Assembly: GCA_965205015.1 (NCBI GenBank)
Contig: OZ242029.1
Coordinates: forward strand, 5,280,001 to 5,344,000
DNA length: 64,000 bases
Direction: 5' to 3'
From: Candidatus Poribacteria bacterium
Lineage (GTDB): Bacteria; Poribacteria; WGA-4E; WGA-3G
Part shown: piece after piece, positions 1 to 9,374 of the stretch
Layout of the letters: every line of letters begins with the position of its first letter
Numbering within the stretch: the stretch's first letter is position 1
The notes under the pieces: model-generated
Databases searched by the model: none
Told to the model about the DNA's origin: nothing
Seen by the model: only the letters and a program-made list of their open reading frames with translations
Program-made: the position numbers and the translations under genes

Positions 1-152
1 TCACCGTTGAGATAATCACACGTCCGCTGATTAATTTCGTCAGGAACCACCCCTTGAAGTTGCAGGTAGCCATCCCGACAGTATTGTAGCACCTGTGTAT
101 CGGTGAGCGTCGGTTCACAATCAAAGGTTCGGTTTACTGTGTCGTGTTTCAT
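1..152 (-). CDS. Phytanoyl-CoA dioxygenase (PhyH) family protein, N-terminal part (runs off window start)
   Basis: Manual translation MKHDTVNRTFDCEPTLTDTQVLQYCRDGYLQLQGVVPDEINQRTCDYLNG; the LT..Q...Y.RDGYL.L.GV start is typical of PhyH; GAGGGA RBS upstream. Confidence 0.6.
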   Translation of the reverse strand, partial: MKHDTVNRTFDCEPTLTDTQVLQYCRDGYLQLQGVVPDEINQRTCDYLNG

Positions 153-172
153 TTTTAATTCCCTCACACTTC

Positions 173-580
173 TTATTTTTCCATTCTAAAAACACCAATT
201 CTGAAGCCGTAGTTCTTGTAAAAGGCGACGGCATCTTCGTTATGTACCAGCACGTCCAACCTGACTTTTTTATCTGTCCATACGTTTTCGTATAACCAAT
301 CCAGCAACCGCGTCGCAATGCCTTTGCGTCGGTGTGCTCTGTCTACGTACAATTGCCGCATGTAGTAATATCCACCATCGTCTCTGTATAGGCAATAGCC
401 GACAATGTGTCCCATCTGCTTCGCGACATAGCAGATGTAATCGGTTGCCAACCATGATTTCATCCGTTGCGTGAGTTGAGCAATGTTCATTGGATCCGGA
501 TGCCGCTCGTCCTCAATGAGATGCTTGTTCAGTTTAGCGAGCGTTTCGACATCCGCGAGTTCAGCCTTGACGATTTCCAT
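173..580 (-). CDS. GNAT family N-acetyltransferase
   Basis: 135 aa; acetyl-CoA motif HRRKGIATRLL and NEDAVAFYKNYGF. Confidence 0.85.
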   Translation of the reverse strand: MEIVKAELADVETLAKLNKHLIEDERHPDPMNIAQLTQRMKSWLATDYICYVAKQMGHIVGYCLYRDDGGYYYMRQLYVDRAHRRKGIATRLLDWLYENVWTDKKVRLDVLVHNEDAVAFYKNYGFRIGVFRMEK

Positions 581-593
581 TGGGATTGCCTGA

Positions 594-1403
594 TTACGTC
601 AGTGTCACGGTATTCTGTTTTACGAGGTCCTTTATTTCCCATTCTGAACCGTAAGCCGCCAACGCCTTCGTCTCGGGAGAGAGTCTCTCCATCACTTCTG
701 GTGGAAAGGCTTCTCGGACCCCGCGCTCGTCTTGAAAGAACTGCGTCTTGTATCGCAGAATTAGGAATCTCCGATCGCGATCTGTCGGTTTCCACACCAG
801 CACACCGTGTGTCAACATTTCAGTGATGATTACAACGTCCCCTGCTTTTGGGGTTACGTTGACGAGTGCCGGATGGAGCGGGGCATCTGGCGTGTCGGGT
901 TCGGGGAAAAATAGATTCTCAGGACGCGCAAACTCACGCTTATGGGAACCCGGCAAAACTACCAAACCGCCGTCCCCCGGATAGACATCCGTGAAATAGA
1001 AGAAAGCCACGACATCGTTTGTGAAGATCTGATCGTCTCTAACGCCATACCGTCGGGTCCACCGAAAACCTTCACCGGCACAATGGAGCGGTGTCATTTC
1101 CTGTCGCTCGTGCGTATTCACAACAAGTGATCCACGATTGAAACGCGGTTTGTTCCACGTCAGTTCTTTGATGATCGGCCACGTAACAGGATGTAGTGTG
1201 AGTGCCTCAAGCGATTTGTCTGCCGAAAATCCGTTTGAAAAACCTTCACCACCCCTGCTAATTCCGGACGGCAATTCATCTGGTGCCGCCTGCACAAGCC
1301 GTTCGATTGTTGCCTGTGCATTGCTCAGTTCTTCTGACGTCAGGACGTTCTCTAAATGTAGGTAACCACGTAGGTCAAAGAGATATTTCTGTTTCGGAGT
1401 CAT
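594..1403 (-). CDS. Phytanoyl-CoA dioxygenase (PhyH) family protein
   Basis: FDLRGYLHLENVL start, GGLVVLPGSH, KAGDVVIITEMLTHG. Confidence 0.85.
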   Translation of the reverse strand: MTPKQKYLFDLRGYLHLENVLTSEELSNAQATIERLVQAAPDELPSGISRGGEGFSNGFSADKSLEALTLHPVTWPIIKELTWNKPRFNRGSLVVNTHERQEMTPLHCAGEGFRWTRRYGVRDDQIFTNDVVAFFYFTDVYPGDGGLVVLPGSHKREFARPENLFFPEPDTPDAPLHPALVNVTPKAGDVVIITEMLTHGVLVWKPTDRDRRFLILRYKTQFFQDERGVREAFPPEVMERLSPETKALAAYGSEWEIKDLVKQNTVTLT

Positions 1404-1539
1404 ATCCTTTCCTCAAGCGGGGTACGGGTATCGTTTCTTGCGGAATATAGTATAAAGGATTGCTTTAAATTTCAAGGTAATTTACAATAATGGCATGGGT
1501 TAGATGCGTTACTCCAACGCTTTAGTGGAGGGATTCAAG

Positions 1540-1851
1540 GTGGAAAATCAAACAGTCCTTAGCAAGGCGTTTATCAAGCAGACACTTGTGGACAATCGAA
1601 AAACACTGCGGGAATATGGGGTCAAGCGGATCGGCTTGTTTGGGTCTTACGTCCGCGGCACAGCAACTGCCGCAAGCGACATTGATTTCCTTGTTGAACT
1701 GGAGAGACTGACTTTTCGCGACTACATGGGGTTGGCTCTGTTTCTTGAAGACCTGTTTCAGAAAGATGTTGACCTGGTTACCCCTACCTCTATTAAACCG
1801 GGTTTCAAACCTTATATTGAAAAAGAGATAGAGTATGTCACGGAACTATGA
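1540..1851 (+). CDS. Minimal nucleotidyltransferase (MNT/MntA-type antitoxin)
   Basis: LFGSYVRG...SDIDFLVE motif; GTG start after GGAGGG RBS; overlaps downstream HEPN gene. Confidence 0.85.
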   Translation: MENQTVLSKAFIKQTLVDNRKTLREYGVKRIGLFGSYVRGTATAASDIDFLVELERLTFRDYMGLALFLEDLFQKDVDLVTPTSIKPGFKPYIEKEIEYVTEL

Positions 1852-2179
1852 TCTATACCTCCAAGACATAGTGACGGCAGCTGACCGCATTGCATCCTAC
1901 GTTGAAGGCATTACTGGTAGTGAGTTTGAGGCAGATCAGATGCGGATTGATGCCGTTATCCGAAACCTTCAGATCATCGGTGAAGCGGTCAAGAAGATCC
2001 CCGATTCAACTCAGAAAGAGTATCCAAGTATTCCATGGCAGGAAATTGCAGGGTTAAGAAACAGAGTAACCCATGTATATTTTGATGTGGATATCAATAT
2101 TATCTGGGATGTAGTGCAATTTGAACTTCCAATGCTGAAAACACAAATTCAGCTGATTCTCAAAGAGAGAAGCGGATGA
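1835..2179 (+). CDS. DUF86/HepT-like HEPN ribonuclease toxin
   Basis: R-x4-H motif RNRVTH followed by YFDVD; IIGEA..KIP; paired with MNT. Confidence 0.85.
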   Translation: MSRNYDLYLQDIVTAADRIASYVEGITGSEFEADQMRIDAVIRNLQIIGEAVKKIPDSTQKEYPSIPWQEIAGLRNRVTHVYFDVDINIIWDVVQFELPMLKTQIQLILKERSG

Positions 2180-2289
2180 TACCGTCTCCCGAAATCGGAC
2201 AGAGCGTATACTTGACAATTTTCCATAATGTATTAGAATGTTTAATCAATCTGGATAGTAGGTATATCTGCATTAAAAGGGAGGATGCT

Positions 2290-3111
2290 ATGTTTAACTG
2301 GACAATTCGGTCTATCTATAAACCTTTAACATTTGTTGTTATATGCACAGTTGGTTTGATGATGCTACCTCATATCGGAGATGCCGCACCCAAACCCGAA
2401 GTTTGGTTTTCTTTCAAAGGAAAAAAGGCAGGGGTCGTTGAAGATGCCAGCGGAAACGGAAATGACGGTAGGATTGAGGGCAATGCAAAGCGTGTCAAAA
2501 GTAAAGACGGTCCTTATGGGATGGGCATCGAACTCAGCAAAGCTTTGGACCAGTTCATTGAATTCGATTACGAAATGACCGATCCCGGCACCGTTTTATT
2601 CTGGTTTAAGCCGCACTGGAATGGTGGCGACGCTGGGACCTTTAGGATATTCGATGCCAACAATGCAGTCGTCTTCTTCTCGATTGGGAAAGGTGCCGTC
2701 ATCGGAGAGCGGGAAAATGAGTTCCACTTCGCAGTAGAGGATGCACCCGATACAGACTATTATCTCGCCGCTCAGGCGGCTGACGTTGTTAAGAAAGATA
2801 CGTGGATGCACGTCGCAGCAACTTGGGATTTCGGTGGATCTGCTTTCTTCTATCTTGATGGTGAGGAAGTCGCTACAGCGAAAGGGTTCGCAGGATTTCC
2901 TGCATTTCATGAATCCCCCAGAATCGGAGGAAATAACAAGTTTAAGTACAGAGCCACCACGGCAGGGGCTCACGGTGTTATTGACGAATTTGCCATTTAC
3001 AGCGAAGTCTTGTCGCAAAAGGACATCCAGAGGGAAATGGAGATGCTCGTTTCTGATGTGAAGCCCGAAGGCAAAATCGCTGTCACCTGGGGACGGCTCA
3101 AAAGCGAGTAA
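2290..3111 (+). CDS. Secreted LamG-like jellyroll domain protein with C-terminal TWG motif
   Basis: Signal-peptide-like N-terminus, DASGNGNDG, WMHVAATWD, GVIDEFAIYS, ends VKPEGKIAVTWGRLKSE; GGGAGG RBS before ATG 2290. Confidence 0.8.
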   Translation: MFNWTIRSIYKPLTFVVICTVGLMMLPHIGDAAPKPEVWFSFKGKKAGVVEDASGNGNDGRIEGNAKRVKSKDGPYGMGIELSKALDQFIEFDYEMTDPGTVLFWFKPHWNGGDAGTFRIFDANNAVVFFSIGKGAVIGERENEFHFAVEDAPDTDYYLAAQAADVVKKDTWMHVAATWDFGGSAFFYLDGEEVATAKGFAGFPAFHESPRIGGNNKFKYRATTAGAHGVIDEFAIYSEVLSQKDIQREMEMLVSDVKPEGKIAVTWGRLKSE

Positions 3112-3232
3112 TTCATTATAAAAACACGATGTTAACGAATGAGAGCGTTTATAGTAGGGCGATTCATCACACGTTCTGACTGTGCGCTAATGGACAGTGA
3201 ATTGCTCTACTACAAACTTCTTCCCCTTAACC

Positions 3233-4627
3233 CTACTCATAATCCTCCAATTCATCCCGCAACTGTTCCAATTCCGCTTTCAATTCCACCACAACCCCGT
3301 TATATGCCGGATCTGCGTAAACATTGTGCATTTCATGCGGATCCTTCTCCAAGTCGAACAGTTCCCATTCGGGCGGTGTCGAGCGGTCAATTGCCCCGCC
3401 TGATCCCAATGCTTCACCGTAATAGTAGATAAGTTTATACCGTTCCGTCCGCACGCCGTAGTGCGCTGGGATGTTAAAGTGCGCCAGGTGCATCCAATAC
3501 CGATAATACATGGACGTGCGCCAATCCGCTGGCGTTTCACCTTCCAATGACGTTCGGAGGCTACATCCTTGCATGTCGTTTGGAATTGATACGCCTGCGT
3601 AGTCGAGTAACGTCGGCGCGAAGTCAACGTTCAGTGTAATTTGCTCGCTCACACCCGCCGCTTGGATCTCGCGTGGATACCGGACGAGCAACGGAATCCG
3701 CATCGATTCCTCATACATGAACCGTTTATCGTACCATCCATGGTCGCCTAAAAAGAACCCGTGATCTGCCGAATAGATGACGATTGTGTCCTCCGCAAGG
3801 CCTTCGGCATCCAGATAATCGAGCAGTCGTCCGACGTTTTCGTCGATGGCGTGCGCACAGCGTAGGTAGTTCTGCATATAGCACTGGTAGTTCCACCGTT
3901 TCAAATCATCACCCTCCAGACCTTCAGGTGTCGGTTCCGGGAGATGATTTTTCCGTTGCATGATGTCTACTTTGGCTGTATTCATTGCGGCAGCTGCCGC
4001 TCGATTTTCATAAGCGTCGTTGAAAGTCGGTGGCTCAGGGATCTCCTCTGTGTAGAGATGTTGATGCTTGGGATTCGGAAAGAACGGATCGTGTGTCGCC
4101 TTATAGGTCGTCATCAGAAAGAACGGCTGATCCGCTTCCCTATTGTGTAGCCAATTCAACGAACTGTCCGTCACAATGTCAGCGGAGTATCCATCAAATT
4201 TCTTCCGTTCCCCCATCTCAATCATTTCAGGATTGATGTGTGCACCTTGGACAGGAAACACGTTCCAGTAATCGAATCCGTGCGGGTCGTTGACACCCCC
4301 GTGTCCGAGATGCCACTTCCCGACAATCGCTGTCTGATACCCATCTTCATGCAGCATCTGTGCAACCGTTTGTTCCCGCGTGTGATCGATTGTATCCGAG
4401 AGGGTTTTAATGCCGGTCTTATGGCTGTATTTTCCGGTGAGGATAGAACCGCGTGCTGGTGTGCAGATTGCGTTCGTGCAGAAACAGTTGTTGAATCGCA
4501 TCCCACCGTTGCCGATTCGGTCGATATTTGGAGTGTGATTCATTTCACTGCCATAGCAGCTGATCGCGGGTGCCGCATGGTCATCGGATACGATAAGGAG
4601 TATATTCGGTCTATGTGGAGTCGGCAT
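3233..4627 (-). CDS. Sulfatase (formylglycine-dependent, N-acetylglucosamine-6-sulfatase-like)
   Basis: RPNILLIVSDDH, CTPARGSILTG (CxPxR), GKWHLG, SADHG, DKRFMYEES. Confidence 0.92.
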   Translation of the reverse strand: MPTPHRPNILLIVSDDHAAPAISCYGSEMNHTPNIDRIGNGGMRFNNCFCTNAICTPARGSILTGKYSHKTGIKTLSDTIDHTREQTVAQMLHEDGYQTAIVGKWHLGHGGVNDPHGFDYWNVFPVQGAHINPEMIEMGERKKFDGYSADIVTDSSLNWLHNREADQPFFLMTTYKATHDPFFPNPKHQHLYTEEIPEPPTFNDAYENRAAAAAMNTAKVDIMQRKNHLPEPTPEGLEGDDLKRWNYQCYMQNYLRCAHAIDENVGRLLDYLDAEGLAEDTIVIYSADHGFFLGDHGWYDKRFMYEESMRIPLLVRYPREIQAAGVSEQITLNVDFAPTLLDYAGVSIPNDMQGCSLRTSLEGETPADWRTSMYYRYWMHLAHFNIPAHYGVRTERYKLIYYYGEALGSGGAIDRSTPPEWELFDLEKDPHEMHNVYADPAYNGVVVELKAELEQLRDELEDYE

Positions 4628-4630
4628 GGC

Positions 4631-5653
4631 TTATTCCCAGGGTTTGAGGATAATCTTTGAACTTTCTTGAGATGCGGAGGTTTCAAATGCCTGCTGGATC
4701 TCACTCATCGGGTAGATATTGCTGATGAGCAAGTCGAGGAGTGGTGAACCTTCGATGACCTTCATCAAGCCGGGAAATTGATTGAGGTTATAATGCCATG
4801 CCCCCATGAGACGCAACCCTTTACCGATGAGATCTGGGCTCACGTGGAGGACGGTGTCGTTTCTGCCGCTCTGTCCGACGAAGGCAATCGTGCCACGCCG
4901 GCGCGTCGCATCGATGCAGAGTCGGTGTGCTTGAACGTTTCCTGAGCAGTCGAGTGCGAAGTCCACACCGCGGCCGTCCGTCGTGAGATCGCGAATCTGG
5001 TCTACGGCATCTTCATCGGTTGGATTGATGACCGCTTCGACGCCCATCTGTCTTGCGCGTTCGGCGCGCCACGGAATCAGTTCCGCTGCAATGACTTTAG
5101 CCCCACGAAACTGTGCGTTGGTAATCGCTCCGAAACCGACGGGACCGATACCGGTAATCAGCACAGTGTGGGTCGCGTTAACACCCATTTCGTCGAACGC
5201 TCGGTACGACGGACCCAAGGCACAACACGCAAGGGAGGCGTGTTCGTAGGAGACATCGTCTGGAATCTTCGGGAGCAACCAAGAGGGTTTGAGGATGTAC
5301 TGTGCCATCGTCGCACTCCCGTGACGGGTGCCGACGAATTCCTCAAAATTGTAGTTGTTTTCGCAGTGGATGTAGTCACCATCGGTACAAAGGACGCACT
5401 TCCCACAGGGGTATTGCGGCATGACCACAACGCGGTCGCCGATCTCCACTTTTCCGGGTTGGGCGATGTCGACGACTTCGCCTGCGGCTTCGTGTCCAAG
5501 CCCGTCGGTTTTGTGTCCATACTCGAAAGCGTGGTATTCGGTACACATCGGCGAGGCATGGATTTTTACGACGACCCAATCCTCTTTCGGTATCGGATCT
5601 GGTACTTCGACGAGTCCTGCTTGATGTTCACCTAAGACTGCTGCTACTTTCAT
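4631..5653 (-). CDS. Zinc-binding medium-chain dehydrogenase
   Basis: GHEAAG, structural Zn CGKCVLC...C, GIGPVG; start MKVAAVLG after GAAGGAG RBS. Confidence 0.88.
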   Translation of the reverse strand: MKVAAVLGEHQAGLVEVPDPIPKEDWVVVKIHASPMCTEYHAFEYGHKTDGLGHEAAGEVVDIAQPGKVEIGDRVVVMPQYPCGKCVLCTDGDYIHCENNYNFEEFVGTRHGSATMAQYILKPSWLLPKIPDDVSYEHASLACCALGPSYRAFDEMGVNATHTVLITGIGPVGFGAITNAQFRGAKVIAAELIPWRAERARQMGVEAVINPTDEDAVDQIRDLTTDGRGVDFALDCSGNVQAHRLCIDATRRRGTIAFVGQSGRNDTVLHVSPDLIGKGLRLMGAWHYNLNQFPGLMKVIEGSPLLDLLISNIYPMSEIQQAFETSASQESSKIILKPWE

Positions 5654-5903
5654 TGTTGCTCCTTCTGTTTTTCGCCAAAGATATAGGGATATTTCGATTG
5701 AATCTTCGTCCATTTTAGCATAAGTCGGTCTGCAAAGCAAATTATTGCGAGGGTGTAACTCTCTTGTCAGACGTGTAGGTTGAAATCCCAGCGGTCCAGG
5801 GTAAGAACCGCTCCTACAATCGTCTGAGTCTTCGGAGTTGTTGTGAAGCGCGCTCTTAACTGATAACTGACAACCGACGACTGACAACTATTCAAAACTT
5901 TGC

Positions 5904-5932
5904 TTGACAAAATTGGCGAAAACCTGTTTAAT
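5904..5932 (+). promoter_or_regulatory. Putative sigma70 promoter for ridA-fabV
   Basis: TTGACA-N17-TTTAAT. Confidence 0.55.
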
Positions 5933-6040
5933 AATAGAGGCGAATACAAACACGCACAGCAAGCATCGACTTGCAAGTCATACCAGAGGTGCCGTGTTTA
6001 CGGCATATCAGGATTTAATCTTTAATAAAAGGGAAATCAA

Positions 6041-6502
6041 ATGAAAATAGAACAACGACTTGAGGAATTAGGTGTGGAACTGCCAGAACCCGCGGTTCCG
6101 GTAGCGAATTACGTCACAACGGTGCAAACCGGCAATCTCGTCTTTACCTCCGGACATGGACCCGGGACAGGCGAAGGTGCAATCTATCAGAGCCAACTCG
6201 GTACCGATGCGACGATCGAGGAAGGCTACGCTTCGGCACGCCAGGTGGCAATCTGTTTGTTGAGCACCCTCAAACACGCACTCGGTGATCTCGACAGAAT
6301 CAAGCGTGTCGTCAAAGTGATTGGGTTCGTCAATTCGGCGCCCGACTTCACCGACCAACCCGCGGTTGTCAACGGCGCATCGGACTTTTTGGTCGAGGTG
6401 TTCGGTGATAAAGGCAGACATGCCCGCTCCGCAGTCGGCATGGTGCAATTGCCCGGCGGGATTCCCGTTGAAGTTGAGATGGTTGTTGAAATTGAAAACT
6501 AA
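6041..6502 (+). CDS. RidA/YjgF family protein
   Basis: PVANYV, FTSGHGP, VNGASD, GRHARSAVG. Confidence 0.9.
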   Translation: MKIEQRLEELGVELPEPAVPVANYVTTVQTGNLVFTSGHGPGTGEGAIYQSQLGTDATIEEGYASARQVAICLLSTLKHALGDLDRIKRVVKVIGFVNSAPDFTDQPAVVNGASDFLVEVFGDKGRHARSAVGMVQLPGGIPVEVEMVVEIEN

Positions 6503-6525
6503 TGGCTTGAGAAAAGAAGGATACA

Positions 6526-7719
6526 ATGGCGATTCAAATTATTAAGCCTCGGATACGCGGGTTTATTTGCACCAATGCCCATCCGGCGGGTTGTCATGCG
6601 AATGTCCTTAATCAGATAGATGAGATTAAACAGGGCATTCCCTACAAAGCGACAGAGACGAACGCACTCGTCATCGGGGCATCAACAGGTTACGGGCTCG
6701 CCTCTCGGATCGCTCTGACGTGGGCTTACGGTGCGAAGACGCTTGGGCTTCTTTATGAACGTCCCGCTGATAGCAGACGCACTGCAACGGCGGGTTACTA
6801 TAACACTGCTGCTTTCCATCGACAGGCGACAGCGGATGGGTTTTTCGCTGATAGCCTTAACGGAGATGCGTTTTCAGATGAGATGAAGGTCGAAGCAATT
6901 AACCGACTCAAAGCGGACTTCGGGAAAATAGATATCCTTGTTTACAGTATTGCTGCACCGCGACGCATACACCCGAAAACCGGTGCCTCACATCAATCTG
7001 TCCTCAAACCCATTGACGCCCCTTATACAGGGAAAACGATTGATCTCAATCGTGAAGTTATTACACCCGTGACAATTGAGCCTGCGAATGATCAAGAGAT
7101 CGCTGATACAGCTGCCGTGATGGGTGGTGAAGATTTAGAGATGTGGATTGACGCCTTGGCAGAAGCGGAGTTGCTCGCGTCAGAGGTTACGGTTGTTGCC
7201 TATACCTATATCGGGAGTTCCTTAACCTGGCCCATTTACCGGGACGGGACTATCGGTAGAGCGAAGGATGATCTCAAGGCGCGTGTTGACGCTCTTGACG
7301 AACGGCTCGCAAATCAACTTAGTGGCAATGCCTATATCTCGGTGAACAAAGCCGTCGTTACACAAGCGTCTGCAGCAATTCCTGTCGTGCCGCTCTATAT
7401 CAGTATCCTCTATGACATTATGGATGCCAGGGGCATCAATGAGGCACCGATTGGGCAGATGCGACGGCTCTTCTCGGAGCATCTCGGACCTGGACGACAA
7501 CCGCAGCTCGACAGCGAACGCTACATTCGTCTTGATGACCGTGAGTTACACCCTGAGGTGACAAACGCAGTGACGGAGCGGTGGGGACAAATTGATACCG
7601 ACAATTTCCATGAACTCTCCGATTACGCAGGCTTCAGGCGACGCTTCCGAAATCTGTTCGGGTTTGAGGTTGAAGGCGTAGACTACGATGCAGCGGTGGA
7701 GACGGAGTTGGTGTTTTAG
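6526..7719 (+). CDS. fabV: Enoyl-ACP / trans-2-enoyl-CoA reductase FabV
   Basis: IKPRIRGFICTNAHPAGC, GASTGYGLASR, TAGYYN, VMGGED, TQASAAIP, LFGFEVEGVDY. Confidence 0.93.
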   Translation: MAIQIIKPRIRGFICTNAHPAGCHANVLNQIDEIKQGIPYKATETNALVIGASTGYGLASRIALTWAYGAKTLGLLYERPADSRRTATAGYYNTAAFHRQATADGFFADSLNGDAFSDEMKVEAINRLKADFGKIDILVYSIAAPRRIHPKTGASHQSVLKPIDAPYTGKTIDLNREVITPVTIEPANDQEIADTAAVMGGEDLEMWIDALAEAELLASEVTVVAYTYIGSSLTWPIYRDGTIGRAKDDLKARVDALDERLANQLSGNAYISVNKAVVTQASAAIPVVPLYISILYDIMDARGINEAPIGQMRRLFSEHLGPGRQPQLDSERYIRLDDRELHPEVTNAVTERWGQIDTDNFHELSDYAGFRRRFRNLFGFEVEGVDYDAAVETELVF

Positions 7720-7753
7720 GAATAGAAGGCAATAGAGGTCAAGCAAAACCTGA

Positions 7754-8086
7754 ATGCGGAACATACGACCCAGAAAACTGCAAGCCTACCGGACTTCAAA
7801 CGGCAGAGAACCTTTCACCGAATGGCTTATATCTATTCACGATAGAAATATGCGAAACAGAATTGAAAGACGACTTGACCGGATCAGATCTGGCAATTTT
7901 GGGGATTGCGGTTCTGTTGGTAGTGGTGTATTTGAAGTAAGACTTCATTTTGGACCTGGCTATCGTGTCTATTTCGGTGAAGTGGATGATACTATCGTTT
8001 TCCTACTCTGTGGTGGCGACAAGTCATCGCAGGAGCGGGATATTGAACGCGCAAAGAGGTATTGGCTGGACTATAAGGAGACATGA
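7754..8086 (+). CDS. RelE/ParE-like addiction module killer protein
   Basis: GNFGD..SVG.GV.E.R.HFGPGYRVYF...LLCGGDKSSQ.RDI. Confidence 0.9.
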   Translation: MRNIRPRKLQAYRTSNGREPFTEWLISIHDRNMRNRIERRLDRIRSGNFGDCGSVGSGVFEVRLHFGPGYRVYFGEVDDTIVFLLCGGDKSSQERDIERAKRYWLDYKET

Positions 8087-8493
8087 CCGTGAGGGAATAT
8101 CGAACATGGGAAGAAATTCTAATGGAACGGTTTACTTCCGACTGGGAAGAGGCAATCGGTTATCTGGATGTAGCACTTGAGGAATACCAAGAGGATGGTG
8201 ACACGCCCTTCTTTCTGCTTGGTCTCCAGAATGTTGTAGAAGCGCGAGGTGGGATCGCAGAAGTTGCTAAGAAAATCGGTATGACACCACAAGCCCTTTC
8301 GGACATGCTTTCAGGTGAAGAAGCACCACGCCTTGACATGTTCAGTGCGATTCTGACTGCCCTCGGATGCCAGCTCTCGATTCAACCGTTAGAGACGACA
8401 GAATGTAGGGCTGAACGCGCCGCAGCGGAAACTTCAATTGTGCCGTCAGAGGTACCAAACCCCAGTTCTGAGGTTTCAGTAGAAAAAAGATGA
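8083..8493 (+). CDS. Addiction module antidote protein (HTH)
   Basis: YLDVALEE...ARGGIAEVAKKIG...PRLDMF..ILTALG; ATGA overlap with the toxin stop. Confidence 0.85.
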   Translation: MTVREYRTWEEILMERFTSDWEEAIGYLDVALEEYQEDGDTPFFLLGLQNVVEARGGIAEVAKKIGMTPQALSDMLSGEEAPRLDMFSAILTALGCQLSIQPLETTECRAERAAAETSIVPSEVPNPSSEVSVEKR

Positions 8494-8573
8494 ATTGTAT
8501 GAATTATTACGTAGAGACCTTTTACCCGATAACCGACAACTGAAGACTAATAACTATCACAAAGGAGACACTT

Positions 8574-9311
8574 ATGACGCAACCAATTCAGGTTACAGTC
8601 TGGAATGAATTTAGACACGAAAAAACGAACGAGTTCATTCGCGGTATCTATCCGAATGGCATCCATGCCGCAATTGCCGATGGGCTCGACAAAGCTGGCG
8701 GCTTTAAGGTTCGGAGTGCAACACTCGATGAACCCGAGCACGGTTTGACTGACGATGTGCTTTCAAACACCGATGTTCTCATCTGGTGGGGACACGCGGC
8801 GCACGGTGCGGTTGAAGATGATGTCGCTGCCAAGGTCCGCGCCCGTGTGTTAGACGGTATGGGACTGATTGTCCTGCACTCCGCCCACTATTCTAAACCT
8901 TTTACGGGGTTGATGGGCACATCATGTAGCCTCAAATGGCGTGAGGCGGGTGAGAAGGAACGTCTTTGGGTCATTGAGCACGGACACCCGATCGTTGAAG
9001 GCTTAGGCGAATACTTTGAAATTGAACACGCCGAGATGTATGGCGAGCCGTTTGATATTCCTGAACCCGATACCCTTATCTTCGTGAGTTGGTTCCCCGG
9101 TGGTGAAGTGTTCCGAAGTGGATGTTGCTATTATCGGGGCAGAGGGAAAATCTTCTATTTCCGTCCCGGTCATGAGACGTATCCCATCTATTACGATGAG
9201 AACGTTCGACACGTTATTGCGAATGCCTCTCGATGGGCAGCACCCGGCAACGCACCGACGCCTGTCTTTGGCAACGCACAACCCTTAGAACCCTTAGAAG
9301 AAGAAGAATAA
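8574..9311 (+). CDS. thuA: ThuA-like trehalose utilisation protein
   Basis: [55 protein letters not shown]. Confidence 0.88.
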   Translation: MTQPIQVTVWNEFRHEKTNEFIRGIYPNGIHAAIADGLDKAGGFKVRSATLDEPEHGLTDDVLSNTDVLIWWGHAAHGAVEDDVAAKVRARVLDGMGLIVLHSAHYSKPFTGLMGTSCSLKWREAGEKERLWVIEHGHPIVEGLGEYFEIEHAEMYGEPFDIPEPDTLIFVSWFPGGEVFRSGCCYYRGRGKIFYFRPGHETYPIYYDENVRHVIANASRWAAPGNAPTPVFGNAQPLEPLEEEE

Positions 9312-9328
9312 GCGTATAAGTTAACACT

Positions 9329-9354
9329 GAGCGGGCTTCTCTCGAAGTCCGCTT
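9329..9354 (+). terminator. Stem-loop after thuA
   Basis: GAGCGGGCTTC-TCTC-GAAGTCCGCTT hairpin; weak U-tract. Confidence 0.4.
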
Positions 9355-9374
9355 GTTGCTATTCGGAACTGTTT

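Noticed and set aside
5654-5887. N-terminal extension of the dehydrogenase ORF (MSVVGCQLSV...)
   Set aside because: It translates heptamer repeats and a REP; the real start with an RBS is at 5653.
5935-6030. Possible riboswitch in the ridA-fabV leader
   Set aside because: Only a small hairpin (TGCCGTGTTTACGGCA); no recognisable aptamer consensus.
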